Below, piece after piece: positions 8,014-17,614 of a stretch of DNA of 41,987 nucleotides. The DNA comes from an uncultured Planctomycetaceae bacterium (GTDB lineage Bacteria; Planctomycetota; UBA1135; GCA-002686595), in assembly GCA_964615935.1 (NCBI GenBank), contig CAZTTG010000052.1:1-41987 (forward strand), in the 5' to 3' direction. The first letter of the stretch is position 1. The number at the start of each line of letters is the position of its first letter. Under the pieces are notes generated by a model, which did not search any database, was not told where the DNA came from, and saw nothing but the letters and a program-made list of their open reading frames with translations. The position numbers and the translations under genes are program-made.

Positions 8014-11000
8014 CGACCAACGAGACGGCCGCCGAGATCCCCGCGGCCCCCTCCGCACCCGCCCTCGACGTCCGCTATCTGGGCGTCCTTCTCTGCTTCG
8101 TGCTGTCGGGCTTCGCGGCCCTGCTCTACCAGACCGCCTGGATGCGCGAGTTCTCCATCGTCTTCGGCACCTCCGAGCTGGCGGTGGCCGCGGTGCTGGC
8201 CTCCTACATGGCCGGCCTGGCGCTGGGGGCGGCGGTGGCCGGCCGCTTCGCGAGGCGCGTGCGCCGGCCGATCCTGGTGTACGGGCTGCTCGAGCTGGGG
8301 GTCGCCCTGGGAGCGCTGGCCGTGCCGCTGGGGCTGTACCTGGCGCGGACCCTGCTGGTGGCCGTGCTGGGAGGCCAGGCCGAGCTCCCCGACTCCGGCG
8401 GCCTGATGCAGCCGCTGTTCTACCTGGCGAGCGCCTTCCTCGTGGTGCTCGTGCCCACCGCCTGCATGGGCGCCACCCTGCCCCTGCTCGCGCGGCACGC
8501 TGTGCGGCGCGAGGAGCAGATCGGCGGCCGGGTGGGGACGCTCTACGCCCTCAACACCGCGGGGGCCGTGCTGGGCACCCTGGTGGCCGCCTTCATTCTC
8601 CTGCCCTCGCTGGGGCTGGGCGCCACGGTGCTGGTGGGCGTGGCGGTCAACGCCGTGGTCTTCGGCATCGCCGCCCTGCTGGCGCGGGGCGAGCCGGCCC
8701 CGGGGGCCGCGGCCCCACGATCCACGGGAGCCGACGCCTCCGACCGGCTTCGCGAGCCCGCCACCGCCGGAACGACGGGCGCCGGGATCGCCACCTGGAT
8801 CCTGCCCCTGATGCTCCTGTCGGGGGCCGTCTCCTTCACCTACGAGGTGCTCTGGACGCGCCTCCTGGGGCACCTGCTGGGCGCCAGCGTCTACGCCTTC
8901 GCCACCATGCTGGCCAGCTTCCTGGCGGGCATCGCCATCGGGAGCGCCGTCGCGGCCTGGCTGGCCCGCAACCGCGGCTGGTCCTGGGTGGGCTTCCTGT
9001 TGGCGCAGCTCGGGACCGCGGGCTTGTCGGTCGTGATCTGGCGGCGCCTCGGTACCCTGCCCGAGTGGGCGCGGGAGTGGGGCGTGGGCGAGCACGCGGG
9101 GCTGTGGACCAACGCCGCCGTGGCCGCGGTCCTGCTCCTTCCCGCCACCCTCTGCATCGGCGCCACCTTCCCCTTCGCCCTGCGCATCCTGGCGCGCGAC
9201 GAGGAGGACGCCGGGCCGGCCGCCGCGCGGGTCTACTCCTGGAACACGGTGGGGGCCATCTGCGGAGCGATCCTGGCCGGCTTCTTCGTGATCCCGGCCC
9301 TGGGCTTCGCCGACACCGCCCGGCTGGCGGTGATGGTCAACCTGCTGCTGGCCCTGGCCACCGGGTTGCTGCTCCTCGCGCGCCGCTCGTTCGTTCCCCT
9401 GGCGGTGGCCGGAGTCGCCGCCCTGGCGGGCCTGCTGGCCTTCCGCCCGGCCATGCCCGAGGGCCTGCTCCGGATGTCGCCCTTCCGGGCCCTGCCGGCG
9501 GAGGGGAACCTCGTCTTCTCGGCCGTGGGGCGCACGGCGGCGGTGCTGGTGCTCGAGCGCGACGGCCACTTCGACGTCCGCTGCAACGGCCTGCCCGAGG
9601 CCGAGGTCGCGCCGCGCGGCGCGCCCCCCTTCGGACGGCAGACCCACGCCTGGCTCACCGCCCTGCCCGTGCTGGCGCGGCCAGCGGCGCGCTCGATGCT
9701 CGTGATCGGCTTCGGCGGGGGGGTGTCCATCGAGGGCGTGTCGCCCACGGTGCGGGAGATCGACTCCGTGGAGCTGGAGCCGGAGGTGATCGAGGCCAAC
9801 CGCGTGATCGCCGACCGGCGCCTGAAGGACCCGCTGAAGGACCCGCGGCTGAACCTGGTCCTCAACGACGCGCGCGGGGCGCTGTCCCTGACCGACGAGC
9901 GCTGGGACGCCATCGTGTCGCAGCCCTCCCACCCCTGGACCGCGGGGGCCTCCCACCTCTACACGCGCGAGTTCATGCGCCAGGTGAGCGACCACCTGGA
10001 GGAGAAGGGGGTCTTCGTGCAGTGGCTCTCCACCCACTTCGTCGACGAGGAGCTCTTCAAGACCGTGGGGGCCACCTTGATGGACGTGTTCGAGAACGTC
10101 CGCCTGTACCGGCCGATCCCCACCATGCTGGTGTTCCTGGCGTCGGACGGTCCCCTGAACCCCGAGCACGAGCTGGCCGTCACCGGCGAGCCGATCGCCT
10201 CGGCTCCCGAGCACTTCGGCAAGCTGGGCATCAACGACGTCAACGACCTGGTCGCCGCCTTCGTCCTGGACCACGCCGGTCTGGAGAAGCTGTGCGCCGG
10301 GGCACCGATCAACACCGACGACGACAACCGGCTGGCCATGCGCGCGCCGCGCCTCCTGAACCGGCCCCTGAGGGCACAGGGTACGGACGCGCTCCTGCTG
10401 CCGCTCGATCCACTGCTCGACCCGGCGAGCGAGCTCAACCAGGACAAGGACCTGATCCTCGACCAGCTGTACCTGGTGCGCCGGATGGCCCAGATGAGCG
10501 GCTACCAGCAGGTGGGCGGCTTCGTTCGCGCCCTGCGGCTCGCCAAGGCCATGCCCGATTCCGGCGCCAAGCAGCTCGCCTTCTACGCGCTCTACACGGT
10601 CAACACCCACATGGTCGACGCCAGCGAGGTCGACGATCAGTGGCAGAAGGCCTGGCAGGCGCGCGACAAGGCGTACGAGGTCGACCGCTACAACCGGGAC
10701 GCCCGCTTCGCCTACCTGGAGCCCCGGATCATGCTCCTCCTGGAGGAGAACCCCGAGCTCGCCCTGGTCGCCCTGGCCGACGCCCTCCCCGACCCGGAAC
10801 GGGCCGTGGTGCGGGCCATGCTCGCCGGGCAGAAGGGGGACTGGCGGAAGATCGAGGAGATGGACCCGGTCCTCGCCCAGGCCCAGCCGCGGGCCCTCTG
10901 CTACCAGACCGCCTGTCGGGTGCGGGCGAGCTGGCGCATCCAGAAGAGCCAGGCCGAGAACGACCGCTCCCCGGCCGTCGAGGCCCTGCAGATCGTCGAC

Positions 11001-11345
11001 CGCGCCCTGGCCATCGAGCCCGACCCGTGGACCTTCCTCGTGCGACTGGGTGCGGCCGACCAGGCCGGGCGCGTCCAGGCCATGCTCGAGACCGCCAACG
11101 ACCTGGGGCGCTTCCTGAGCCCGCAGGGCCTCCGCAAGGGGACCAACCCGGCCGCGCGCCAGATGATCCGCGACAGCCTGAGGGACTACTACCTGCAGCG
11201 GCGATTCGGCCGGCTGGCGCGCAATCCCAACGTCTCCCAGGAGCGCGTGCAGGAGGTCGTGGGCAAGCTCACCCAGCTCGTCCAGATTCCCCTGGAGGCG
11301 CAGCCGGCCCACGACCACGAGGGGGACGGAACCGGCGGCCAGTAG
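8010..11345 (+). CDS. Fused polytopic membrane domain / spermidine-synthase-like (aminopropyltransferase fold) / C-terminal alpha-helical (TPR-like) protein, 1111 aa
   Basis: The N-terminal roughly 450 aa form multi-TM segments, including LYQTAWMREFSIVFGTS. The central SMLVIGFGGGVSIEGV...EIDSVELEPEVIEANRV...LNLVLNDARGAL resembles the SpeE methyltransferase-like fold. The C-terminal roughly 400 aa are helical repeats. Confidence 0.7.
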   Translation: MTTNETAAEIPAAPSAPALDVRYLGVLLCFVLSGFAALLYQTAWMREFSIVFGTSELAVAAVLASYMAGLALGAAVAGRFARRVRRPILVYGLLELGVALGALAVPLGLYLARTLLVAVLGGQAELPDSGGLMQPLFYLASAFLVVLVPTACMGATLPLLARHAVRREEQIGGRVGTLYALNTAGAVLGTLVAAFILLPSLGLGATVLVGVAVNAVVFGIAALLARGEPAPGAAAPRSTGADASDRLREPATAGTTGAGIATWILPLMLLSGAVSFTYEVLWTRLLGHLLGASVYAFATMLASFLAGIAIGSAVAAWLARNRGWSWVGFLLAQLGTAGLSVVIWRRLGTLPEWAREWGVGEHAGLWTNAAVAAVLLLPATLCIGATFPFALRILARDEEDAGPAAARVYSWNTVGAICGAILAGFFVIPALGFADTARLAVMVNLLLALATGLLLLARRSFVPLAVAGVAALAGLLAFRPAMPEGLLRMSPFRALPAEGNLVFSAVGRTAAVLVLERDGHFDVRCNGLPEAEVAPRGAPPFGRQTHAWLTALPVLARPAARSMLVIGFGGGVSIEGVSPTVREIDSVELEPEVIEANRVIADRRLKDPLKDPRLNLVLNDARGALSLTDERWDAIVSQPSHPWTAGASHLYTREFMRQVSDHLEEKGVFVQWLSTHFVDEELFKTVGATLMDVFENVRLYRPIPTMLVFLASDGPLNPEHELAVTGEPIASAPEHFGKLGINDVNDLVAAFVLDHAGLEKLCAGAPINTDDDNRLAMRAPRLLNRPLRAQGTDALLLPLDPLLDPASELNQDKDLILDQLYLVRRMAQMSGYQQVGGFVRALRLAKAMPDSGAKQLAFYALYTVNTHMVDASEVDDQWQKAWQARDKAYEVDRYNRDARFAYLEPRIMLLLEENPELALVALADALPDPERAVVRAMLAGQKGDWRKIEEMDPVLAQAQPRALCYQTACRVRASWRIQKSQAENDRSPAVEALQIVDRALAIEPDPWTFLVRLGAADQAGRVQAMLETANDLGRFLSPQGLRKGTNPAARQMIRDSLRDYYLQRRFGRLARNPNVSQERVQEVVGKLTQLVQIPLEAQPAHDHEGDGTGGQ

Positions 11346-11357
11346 TCTCCCCGTCCG

Positions 11358-12797
11358 CTACCGCTCGCCCTCTCGCGTGCGCACCACCATGAGCCGCGGC
11401 TCGGAGAGGTGCTCGACGGCCCAGCGAACGCCCTCGCGGCCCAGGCCGCTCTCCTTGACCCCGCCGTAGGGCATCTGGTCGGCGCGCCAGGAGGGGATGT
11501 CGCCGATGATCACCCCGCCCACCTCGAGCCGGTCCCAGGCTCGCTGGGCGCGGTAGAGGTCGCGGGTGAAGACGCCCGCCTGCAGGCCGAAGCGGCTGGC
11601 GTTGACCTCCTCCAGGGCGGCGTCGAAGTCGCGGAAGGAGCCCAGCACCGCCACCGGGCCGAAGGCCTCCTCGCAGGAGACCGGCTCGTCGGCGGGCACG
11701 CCCTCGAGCAGGGTGGCCTCCACCAGGGCGCCCTCGCGGCCCCCGCCGCAGAGCAGGCGCGCCCCGCGATCCACGGCCGAGCCGATCCAGGACTCGAGCC
11801 GCGCCGCGTCGCCCTCCGAGATCACCGGGCCGATGAAGGTCGACTCCTCCCGCGGATCGCCGGCCTTCAGCGCGCCCGTCGCGGCCACCAGCTTCTCCCT
11901 GAGCTCGTCCAGGATCGACTCGTGGGCCAGGATGCGCTGCACGCTGATGCAGCTCTGGCCGGACTGGTAGAACGCGCCGATGACGAGGCGCTCCACGGCG
12001 TCGTCCACGTCGGCGTCCTCGTCGATCACGCAGGCGGCGTTCCCGCCCAGCTCGAGCACCACCGCCTTGCGGCCGGCCCGGCGCTTGAGCTCCCAGCCCA
12101 CCTCGGCCGAGCCGGTGAAGGAGAGCAGCTTCAGGCGCTCGTCCTCGCTGAAGAGCCGGGCCCCCTCGCGCGGGCAGGGGAGGATGGAGAAGGCCCCCTG
12201 CGGGAGCTCGGTCTCGGCCAGCACCTCGCCGATCTGCAGCGCGCCGACCGGCGTGTAGGAGGCCGGCTTGAGCACGAAGGGGCAGCCGGCGGCGATGGCC
12301 GGGGCGATCTTGTGGGCCGCCAAGTTGAGGGGAAAGTTGAAGGGCGAGATGAAGGAGCAGGGGCCGATGGGCACGCGCTTGAGGAAGGCGGCGTAGCCCT
12401 CGGTGCGCGGAACGCGGCCGAGGTCCATGATCTCCCCGCCGGCGCGCACCGACTCCTCGGCGGCGATGCGGAAGGTGTCGATCAGGCGGTCCACCTCCCC
12501 GCGGCTGTCGCGGATGGGCTTGCCGGCCTCGACGCACAGGGAGAGGGCCAGCTCCTCGCGGCGCTCGGTGAAGCGCGCGGCGCAGTGCTCCAGGATGGCC
12601 TGGCGGCGGTGGGCCGGCAGCTCGGCCATGGGCCGGGCCGCGCGGGCGGCCAGCTCGATGGCCCGGTCGATGGCCGCCTCGTCGGCGCGGGCCACTCGCG
12701 TCGCCACCTCGCCGGTGTGCTTGTCGCGGACCTCGAGGTCGGCGTTGGGGGCGAGGGGCTGCGAGCCCAGGTAGTAGGGATAGGACTTCTCGAGCAC
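11358..12797 (-). CDS. Aldehyde dehydrogenase family protein
   Basis: 479 aa with the hallmark ALDH motifs FTGSAEVGWEL, ELGGNAACVIDEDAD (catalytic Glu region) and QSGQSCISVQRIL (catalytic Cys). Confidence 0.9.
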   Translation of the reverse strand: MLEKSYPYYLGSQPLAPNADLEVRDKHTGEVATRVARADEAAIDRAIELAARAARPMAELPAHRRQAILEHCAARFTERREELALSLCVEAGKPIRDSRGEVDRLIDTFRIAAEESVRAGGEIMDLGRVPRTEGYAAFLKRVPIGPCSFISPFNFPLNLAAHKIAPAIAAGCPFVLKPASYTPVGALQIGEVLAETELPQGAFSILPCPREGARLFSEDERLKLLSFTGSAEVGWELKRRAGRKAVVLELGGNAACVIDEDADVDDAVERLVIGAFYQSGQSCISVQRILAHESILDELREKLVAATGALKAGDPREESTFIGPVISEGDAARLESWIGSAVDRGARLLCGGGREGALVEATLLEGVPADEPVSCEEAFGPVAVLGSFRDFDAALEEVNASRFGLQAGVFTRDLYRAQRAWDRLEVGGVIIGDIPSWRADQMPYGGVKESGLGREGVRWAVEHLSEPRLMVVRTREGER

Positions 12798-12852
12798 GGC
12801 TGACCTCCTGGCGGGGTGGAGCCGCGAGGCTAACGCCGCGCGGGCGGCCCTG

Positions 12853-13848
12853 TCAGGCCCCGAGGTCCGGAAGCAGCACGGCCGCGCCCCGGACGCGGCC
12901 CTCGCGCAGGGCCTGCAGGGCGTCGTTGGCCCCCTCCAGCGGGAAGGCCGTGGTCTCGGTGCGCACCGGGATGCGCGGCGCCAGGGCCAGGAACTCCTCG
13001 CCGTCGCGCCGGGTGAGGTTGGCCACCGAGCGCAGGCTGCGCTCGCCCCACAGCAGGTGATAGGGGAAGGCCGGGATCTCGCTCATGTAGATGCCGGCGC
13101 AGACCACCGTCCCGCCCCGGGTCACGACGCGCAGGGCCTCGGGCACGAGAGACCCCACCGGGGCGAAGAGGATCGCCGCGTCGAGCTCCTCGGGCGGGCT
13201 CTCGCCCGAGGCGCCAGCCCACTCGGCCCCCAGCTCTCGGGCGAAGGCCTGGCCCTCGTCGTCGCCCTCCCGGGTGAAGGCGAAGACCCGCCGGCCCTGG
13301 TGCCGGGCCACCTGGGCCACGATGTGCGCGGCGGCGCCGAAGCCGTAGAGGCCCAGCCGCTCGGCCTGGCCCGCGGCCACCAGGGAGCGGTAGCCGATGA
13401 GGCCCGCGCAGAGCAGCGGCGCCGCCTCCTGGTCCGCCAGCCCTTCGCCGAGGCGGAAACAGTAGCGCTGGTCGGCCACGGCGTACTCGGCGAAGCCGCC
13501 GTCGCGGTCGTAGCCGGTGAAACGCGCCTCGCCGCAGAGGTTCTCGCTTCCCTCGCGGCAGAAGCGGCAGCGCCCGCAGGTCCAGCCCAGCCAGGGCACG
13601 CCGACCCGGTCTCCGAGCGCGAAGCGATCGACGCCCGCGCCCAGCTCCTCGACCCTCCCGATGATTTCGTGCCCCGGCACCAGCGGCAGCCTGGGCTGGT
13701 CGAGCTCCCCGTCGAGGATGTGCAGGTCGGTGCGGCACACGGCGCAGGCCGCCACCCGCAGCAGGACCTCGCCCGGCCCGGGCCGGGGTCGCGCGATCTC
13801 GAGCGGCTCGAGCGGCCGTCCCGCGGCCTGAAGGACCATCGCGCGCAT
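12853..13848 (-). CDS. Zinc-dependent alcohol dehydrogenase (MDR family)
   Basis: Start trimmed to MRAMVLQAAGRPLEP. Contains CAVCRTDLH and GHEIIGRVEELG (zinc-binding ADH signature) and CGRCRFCREGSENLC (structural zinc). It is 13 bp downstream of fabI on the same strand. Confidence 0.85.
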   Translation of the reverse strand: MRAMVLQAAGRPLEPLEIARPRPGPGEVLLRVAACAVCRTDLHILDGELDQPRLPLVPGHEIIGRVEELGAGVDRFALGDRVGVPWLGWTCGRCRFCREGSENLCGEARFTGYDRDGGFAEYAVADQRYCFRLGEGLADQEAAPLLCAGLIGYRSLVAAGQAERLGLYGFGAAAHIVAQVARHQGRRVFAFTREGDDEGQAFARELGAEWAGASGESPPEELDAAILFAPVGSLVPEALRVVTRGGTVVCAGIYMSEIPAFPYHLLWGERSLRSVANLTRRDGEEFLALAPRIPVRTETTAFPLEGANDALQALREGRVRGAAVLLPDLGA

Positions 13849-13861
13849 GACGCCTGCCTGC

Positions 13862-14638
13862 TCAGAGAACGGGCACCCCCATGATGTTGTAGCCGGAGTC
13901 GACGTAGAGGGTGCTCCCGGTGATGCCCCGGCTCTGGCGGCTGCACAGGAAGCGGCAGACGTCGCCCACCTCATCGGCCTCCACGTTGCGCCGCAGGGGA
14001 GCGTTGGCCTGGATGTGGTCCAGGATGCGCCGGAAGCCGGGGACGCCCGAGGCCGAGAGCGTGCGGATGGGGCCGGCGCTGATGGCGTTGACGCGGATGC
14101 CCAGGGGACCCAGGTCGTGGGCCAGGTAGCGCACGCTGGCCTCCAGCGCGGCCTTGGCGATGCCCATCACGTTGTAGTTCTTCACCACCCGCTCGCCGCC
14201 GATGTAGGAGAGGGTGACCATCGAGCCCTCGCGCCCCTCCATCAGGTGCATGGCGCGCCGCGCCAGGGCCGTCAGCGAGTAGGCCGAGATCTCGTGGGCC
14301 TGCATGTAGCCGTCCTTGGAGGTGTGATAGAAGTCACCCTCCAGCTCCTCGCGCCGGGCGTAGGCGATGGCGTGCACCAGGGCGTCCAGGTGGCCGAACT
14401 CCTCGCGCAGCCGGTCGAAGACCCGGTTGATCTTCTCGGGCTCGGTGACGTCGCAGGGCAGCACGATCGATTCCGGCAGATCCCGGGCCAGCTCGGTGAC
14501 GGTCTCCTTCAGACGCGCGCCGGCGTAGGTGAGGGCCAGGCGCATGCCCGCCTGGGACAGGGACTGGGCGCAGCCCCAGGCGATCGAGCGCCGGTTGGCC
14601 ACGCCGAAGATGACGCCGGTCTTGCCTTCGAGGTCCAT
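13862..14638 (-). CDS. fabI: Enoyl-[acyl-carrier-protein] reductase (NADH), FabI
   Basis: 258 aa. GKTGVIFGVANRRSIAWG matches the Rossmann/FabI N-terminus, and the YxxxxxxK region (NVMGIAKAALEASVRYLA) is typical FabI. Confidence 0.9.
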   Translation of the reverse strand: MDLEGKTGVIFGVANRRSIAWGCAQSLSQAGMRLALTYAGARLKETVTELARDLPESIVLPCDVTEPEKINRVFDRLREEFGHLDALVHAIAYARREELEGDFYHTSKDGYMQAHEISAYSLTALARRAMHLMEGREGSMVTLSYIGGERVVKNYNVMGIAKAALEASVRYLAHDLGPLGIRVNAISAGPIRTLSASGVPGFRRILDHIQANAPLRRNVEADEVGDVCRFLCSRQSRGITGSTLYVDSGYNIMGVPVL

Positions 14639-14972
14639 TTCCTGCCGATCGCCGTTGGGTTTCGCGGTCTGCCCGCGGTGGGGGAGGGGTGCCTTCCGGG
14701 GCTCCGGATCCTAGCGCTCGTCGGTGAGGGGGCAATGCCCTGCCGGGAGCGGAATCGCGGCCCGCCCCTGGGAAGATCGGGCCGGCCGCGGAGCCCCGGG
14801 GCGCGATCGCTGGCGCCGGGCGGGAGCGAGCCCTACCCTCCACCCAGCCCGCCCGGATCCGCTACCTCCCGGTGAATACGGGGCCGGCGGACCGGTACCC
14901 CTCTCAAGCCGCGCCGCCCGCTGCCTCCGGGGCGGGCGCCGCGCCTGAAAACCCGCCTGCCGAGGAGTTCTG

Positions 14973-15545
14973 ATGCTCGCCCTCTTCACCGGATTCGACA
15001 TGGAGACCCTCTACTTCGTATCCGCCGTGGTCGGGGGAGCGCTGCTGATCATCCAGCTCGTGCTCTCCATCTTCACCGGTGGGGCCGACGCCGACTTCGA
15101 CGTCGACGTGGACGTCGATGCCGACCTGGACGGCGCCGAGGGCGCCGGCGGCATCAGCTTCAGGACGGTGGTGGCATTCGTCACGTTCTTCGGCATAGCC
15201 GGCATGGGGTGTACCCAGGCCGGCGTGGGTCCATTCCTCACCCTGCTGGCGGCGGTGGCGGCCGGGGGCTCGGCCTTCTGGCTCACGGGCCTCCTGATGG
15301 CCCAGCTCTACCGCATGCAGTCCTCCGGTACGGTGAGGATCGGGAACGCCGTCGGCACCGAGGGGAAGGTGTACCTGAAGATACCGGGCCGGAAGAAGGG
15401 CGCCGGCAAGGTGACCATCCCCATCCAGGGTCGAACCATGGAGTATCGCGCCATCACCGCCGGGTCCGAGCTGCCGACCGGTGCGCTGTGCCGCGTCACG
15501 GCCATTCACCCGCCCAGCACCCTCGAGGTGGAGGCGCTCGACTGA
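14973..15545 (+). CDS. NfeD-like (YqiJ-type) membrane protein with C-terminal OB-fold
   Basis: 190 aa with two hydrophobic segments and an acidic DADFDVDVDVDADLDG linker. The C-terminal GKVYLKIPG...GKVTIPIQGRTMEYRAITAGSELPTGALCRV is OB-fold-like. It lies immediately upstream of a flotillin gene, the classic NfeD–SPFH pairing. Confidence 0.7.
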   Translation: MLALFTGFDMETLYFVSAVVGGALLIIQLVLSIFTGGADADFDVDVDVDADLDGAEGAGGISFRTVVAFVTFFGIAGMGCTQAGVGPFLTLLAAVAAGGSAFWLTGLLMAQLYRMQSSGTVRIGNAVGTEGKVYLKIPGRKKGAGKVTIPIQGRTMEYRAITAGSELPTGALCRVTAIHPPSTLEVEALD

Positions 15546-15584
15546 ACAAGCCCGGACCGGAGCTCTCAAGAAGGGACGAGTAAT

Positions 15585-17267
15585 ATGAGCACTGCATCGA
15601 CGATTCTGGGCCTGGCCCCGCTCCAGGGCGCCGAAGGAGGCATCCCCTGGGGGGGCCTGGCGATCATCGCCGCCGTCCTGTTCATCCTCAGCATCGGGAT
15701 GATGGTGATAGCGCGCTACAAGCGCTGTCCCTCCAACAAGGTGCTGGTGATCTACGGCAAGGTGGGCAAGGAGCGCTCGGCCCAGACGCTGCACGGCGGC
15801 GGCAAGCTGGTGTGGCCCCTCTTCCAGGCCTACGACTACCTGAGCCTGGACCCCATGCAGATCGAGGTCCCCCTGACCGCGGCGCTCTCCCGCGAGAACA
15901 TCCGCGTCAACGTGCCCTCCTTCTTCACGGTGGCGGTGGGCACCGACCCCGAGACCATGGACAACGCCGCCATCCGCCTGCTGGGCCTGTCCAACGACGA
16001 GATCGAGAAGCAGGCCCTGGACATCATCTTCGGACAGCTCCGCCAGGTGATCGCCTCCATGACCATCGAGTCGATCAACCGCGACCGGGACGTCTTCCTG
16101 TCCAGCATCCAGACCAACCTGGAGCCCGAGCTGGAGAAGATCGGCCTGGTCCTGATCAACGTCAACATCACCGACATCACCGACGAGTCGGGCTACATCG
16201 AGGCCCTGGGCCGCAAGGCCGCCAGCGAGGCCGTGCAGCAGGCCGAGATCGACGTGGCCGAGCAGGTCAAGCGCGGCCGCATCGGGGTGGCCCAGGCCGA
16301 TCGGGACCGCGAGGTCGAGGTGGCGGTGGCCACCAAGGACAAGGAGATCGGCACCAAGGACGCCGAGCGCGAGATGGCGGTCAAGGTGGCCGACCTCGAG
16401 AAGGAGCGCAACGTCGGCGAGCAGCGGGCGGGCTTCGGCCAGGAGGTGCAGGTCAAGGAGGCCGAGCGCCAGATGCGCATCGAGGTGGCGGCCGCCAACG
16501 CCACCGCCGTCACCGGCGAGAACGAATCCCAGGGGGTCATCGCCGACTCGGAGGCCGCCCTGCAGGTCACGCGGGCCGAGGCCTACGCCCTGGGCGAGTC
16601 CAGGAAGCGCCAGGCCGAGGCGCAGGTGCTCGAGGCCCAGTACAAGGCCGAGACCATCGCCGCCCAGGCCAACGCCGAGAAGGTCGAGGCCCAGCAGCGG
16701 GCCCAGCTCGCGGCGCCCGCCCGCGCCCAGAAGGCCCGGATCGAGGTCGAGGCCTCGGCCGAGGCGGAGAAGATGAAGCGCGAGGCCGGCGGCCGGGCCG
16801 AGGCCAACGTGATCGAGGCCGAGGCCGATGCCAAGGCCATCTTCGCCAGGCTCGAGGCCCAGGCCCGCGGCGAGTACGAGATCCTGGCCAAGAAGGGCGA
16901 GGGTCTGCGCACCATCGTCGAGGGTTGCGGCGGCGCCGAGCAGGCCTTCCCGCTCCTGGTGCTCGAGCACCTGGACCACCTGGCGGAGGCCGCCTCCACG
17001 GCCATCTCGAACATCAAGTTCGACAAGGTCACCGTCTGGGACGGCGGCAGCGGCCAGGGCGGCGCCAGCGGTTTCCTGCGCGGGCTGGGCCAGGCGGTCC
17101 CCCCGCTCATGGACGTCATGCGCAGCATCGGCGGGGTCGAGCTGCCCGAGTACTTCGGGCGGATGTGCGAGATCGCCGAGGACGGCAAGGAGAAGGCCGA
17201 CGAGGCCGGGGAGGAGGAGGAGGCCGAGCAGGCCGCCGAGAAGGCCGCCGACTCCGAGGCGGAGTAG
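15585..17267 (+). CDS. Flotillin-family (SPFH domain, YqiK/FloT-like) protein
   Basis: 560 aa with an N-terminal TM segment, an SPFH core (VLVIYGKVGKERSAQTLHGGGKLVWPLFQAYDYLSLDPMQIEV), then a long Ala/Glu/Gln-rich coiled coil and an acidic tail. Confidence 0.9.
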   Translation: MSTASTILGLAPLQGAEGGIPWGGLAIIAAVLFILSIGMMVIARYKRCPSNKVLVIYGKVGKERSAQTLHGGGKLVWPLFQAYDYLSLDPMQIEVPLTAALSRENIRVNVPSFFTVAVGTDPETMDNAAIRLLGLSNDEIEKQALDIIFGQLRQVIASMTIESINRDRDVFLSSIQTNLEPELEKIGLVLINVNITDITDESGYIEALGRKAASEAVQQAEIDVAEQVKRGRIGVAQADRDREVEVAVATKDKEIGTKDAEREMAVKVADLEKERNVGEQRAGFGQEVQVKEAERQMRIEVAAANATAVTGENESQGVIADSEAALQVTRAEAYALGESRKRQAEAQVLEAQYKAETIAAQANAEKVEAQQRAQLAAPARAQKARIEVEASAEAEKMKREAGGRAEANVIEAEADAKAIFARLEAQARGEYEILAKKGEGLRTIVEGCGGAEQAFPLLVLEHLDHLAEAASTAISNIKFDKVTVWDGGSGQGGASGFLRGLGQAVPPLMDVMRSIGGVELPEYFGRMCEIAEDGKEKADEAGEEEEAEQAAEKAADSEAE

Positions 17268-17614
17268 CTCGCGCCGCAGGCGCACCGCGGCGGCTCCCGG
17301 TTCCGACCGGGGGCCGCCGCTCCTCGGTCCCGGTCACCGTCTGCGGATTTGGGGAATCCTAGGGTCGGGGCGCGCGGCGGCCGACCCACCGGTTCGCGCC
17401 TCCCGGAGCCTCGGGGGGGCGCGAGCCCGCTGCAAATCCCCGCCGCGTCGGGACTTGTGGTCTCCGTGGGCACGGAGGTCCGCGGCACGCCCCCGGGCGC
17501 GACGGTTGCGGCGCGCCCCGCCCGTTTGCCTCCCCGATACACTGGCTCCCGTTCGTTCGCCCGCCCCCCCGGGGCGCCGGCCTGCCGCGAGGGCCCGATT
17601 GGAGGGAGGTCGCC

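Noticed and set aside
4707-11318. Minus-strand ORFs 4707..7691 (994 aa) and 7698..11318 (1206 aa), and the plus off-frame ORFs 5636..7567 and 9065..11392.
   Set aside because: They overlap tamA, the LapA-like gene, the lipoprotein gene and the spermidine-synthase-like gene in other frames or on the other strand. Their composition is R/G/P/A/H/Q-rich with no motifs. They are GC artefacts.
17268-17614. Sigma-54 promoter (TGGCAC-N5-TTGC) upstream of the sigma-like/activator-like trio and in the queA upstream region.
   Set aside because: There are near-matches to the -24 half (GGGCACG and CGGCACG around 17470-17500; GGGCACGGGATGAGG around 21690), but none has a TTGC -12 element at the right spacing.
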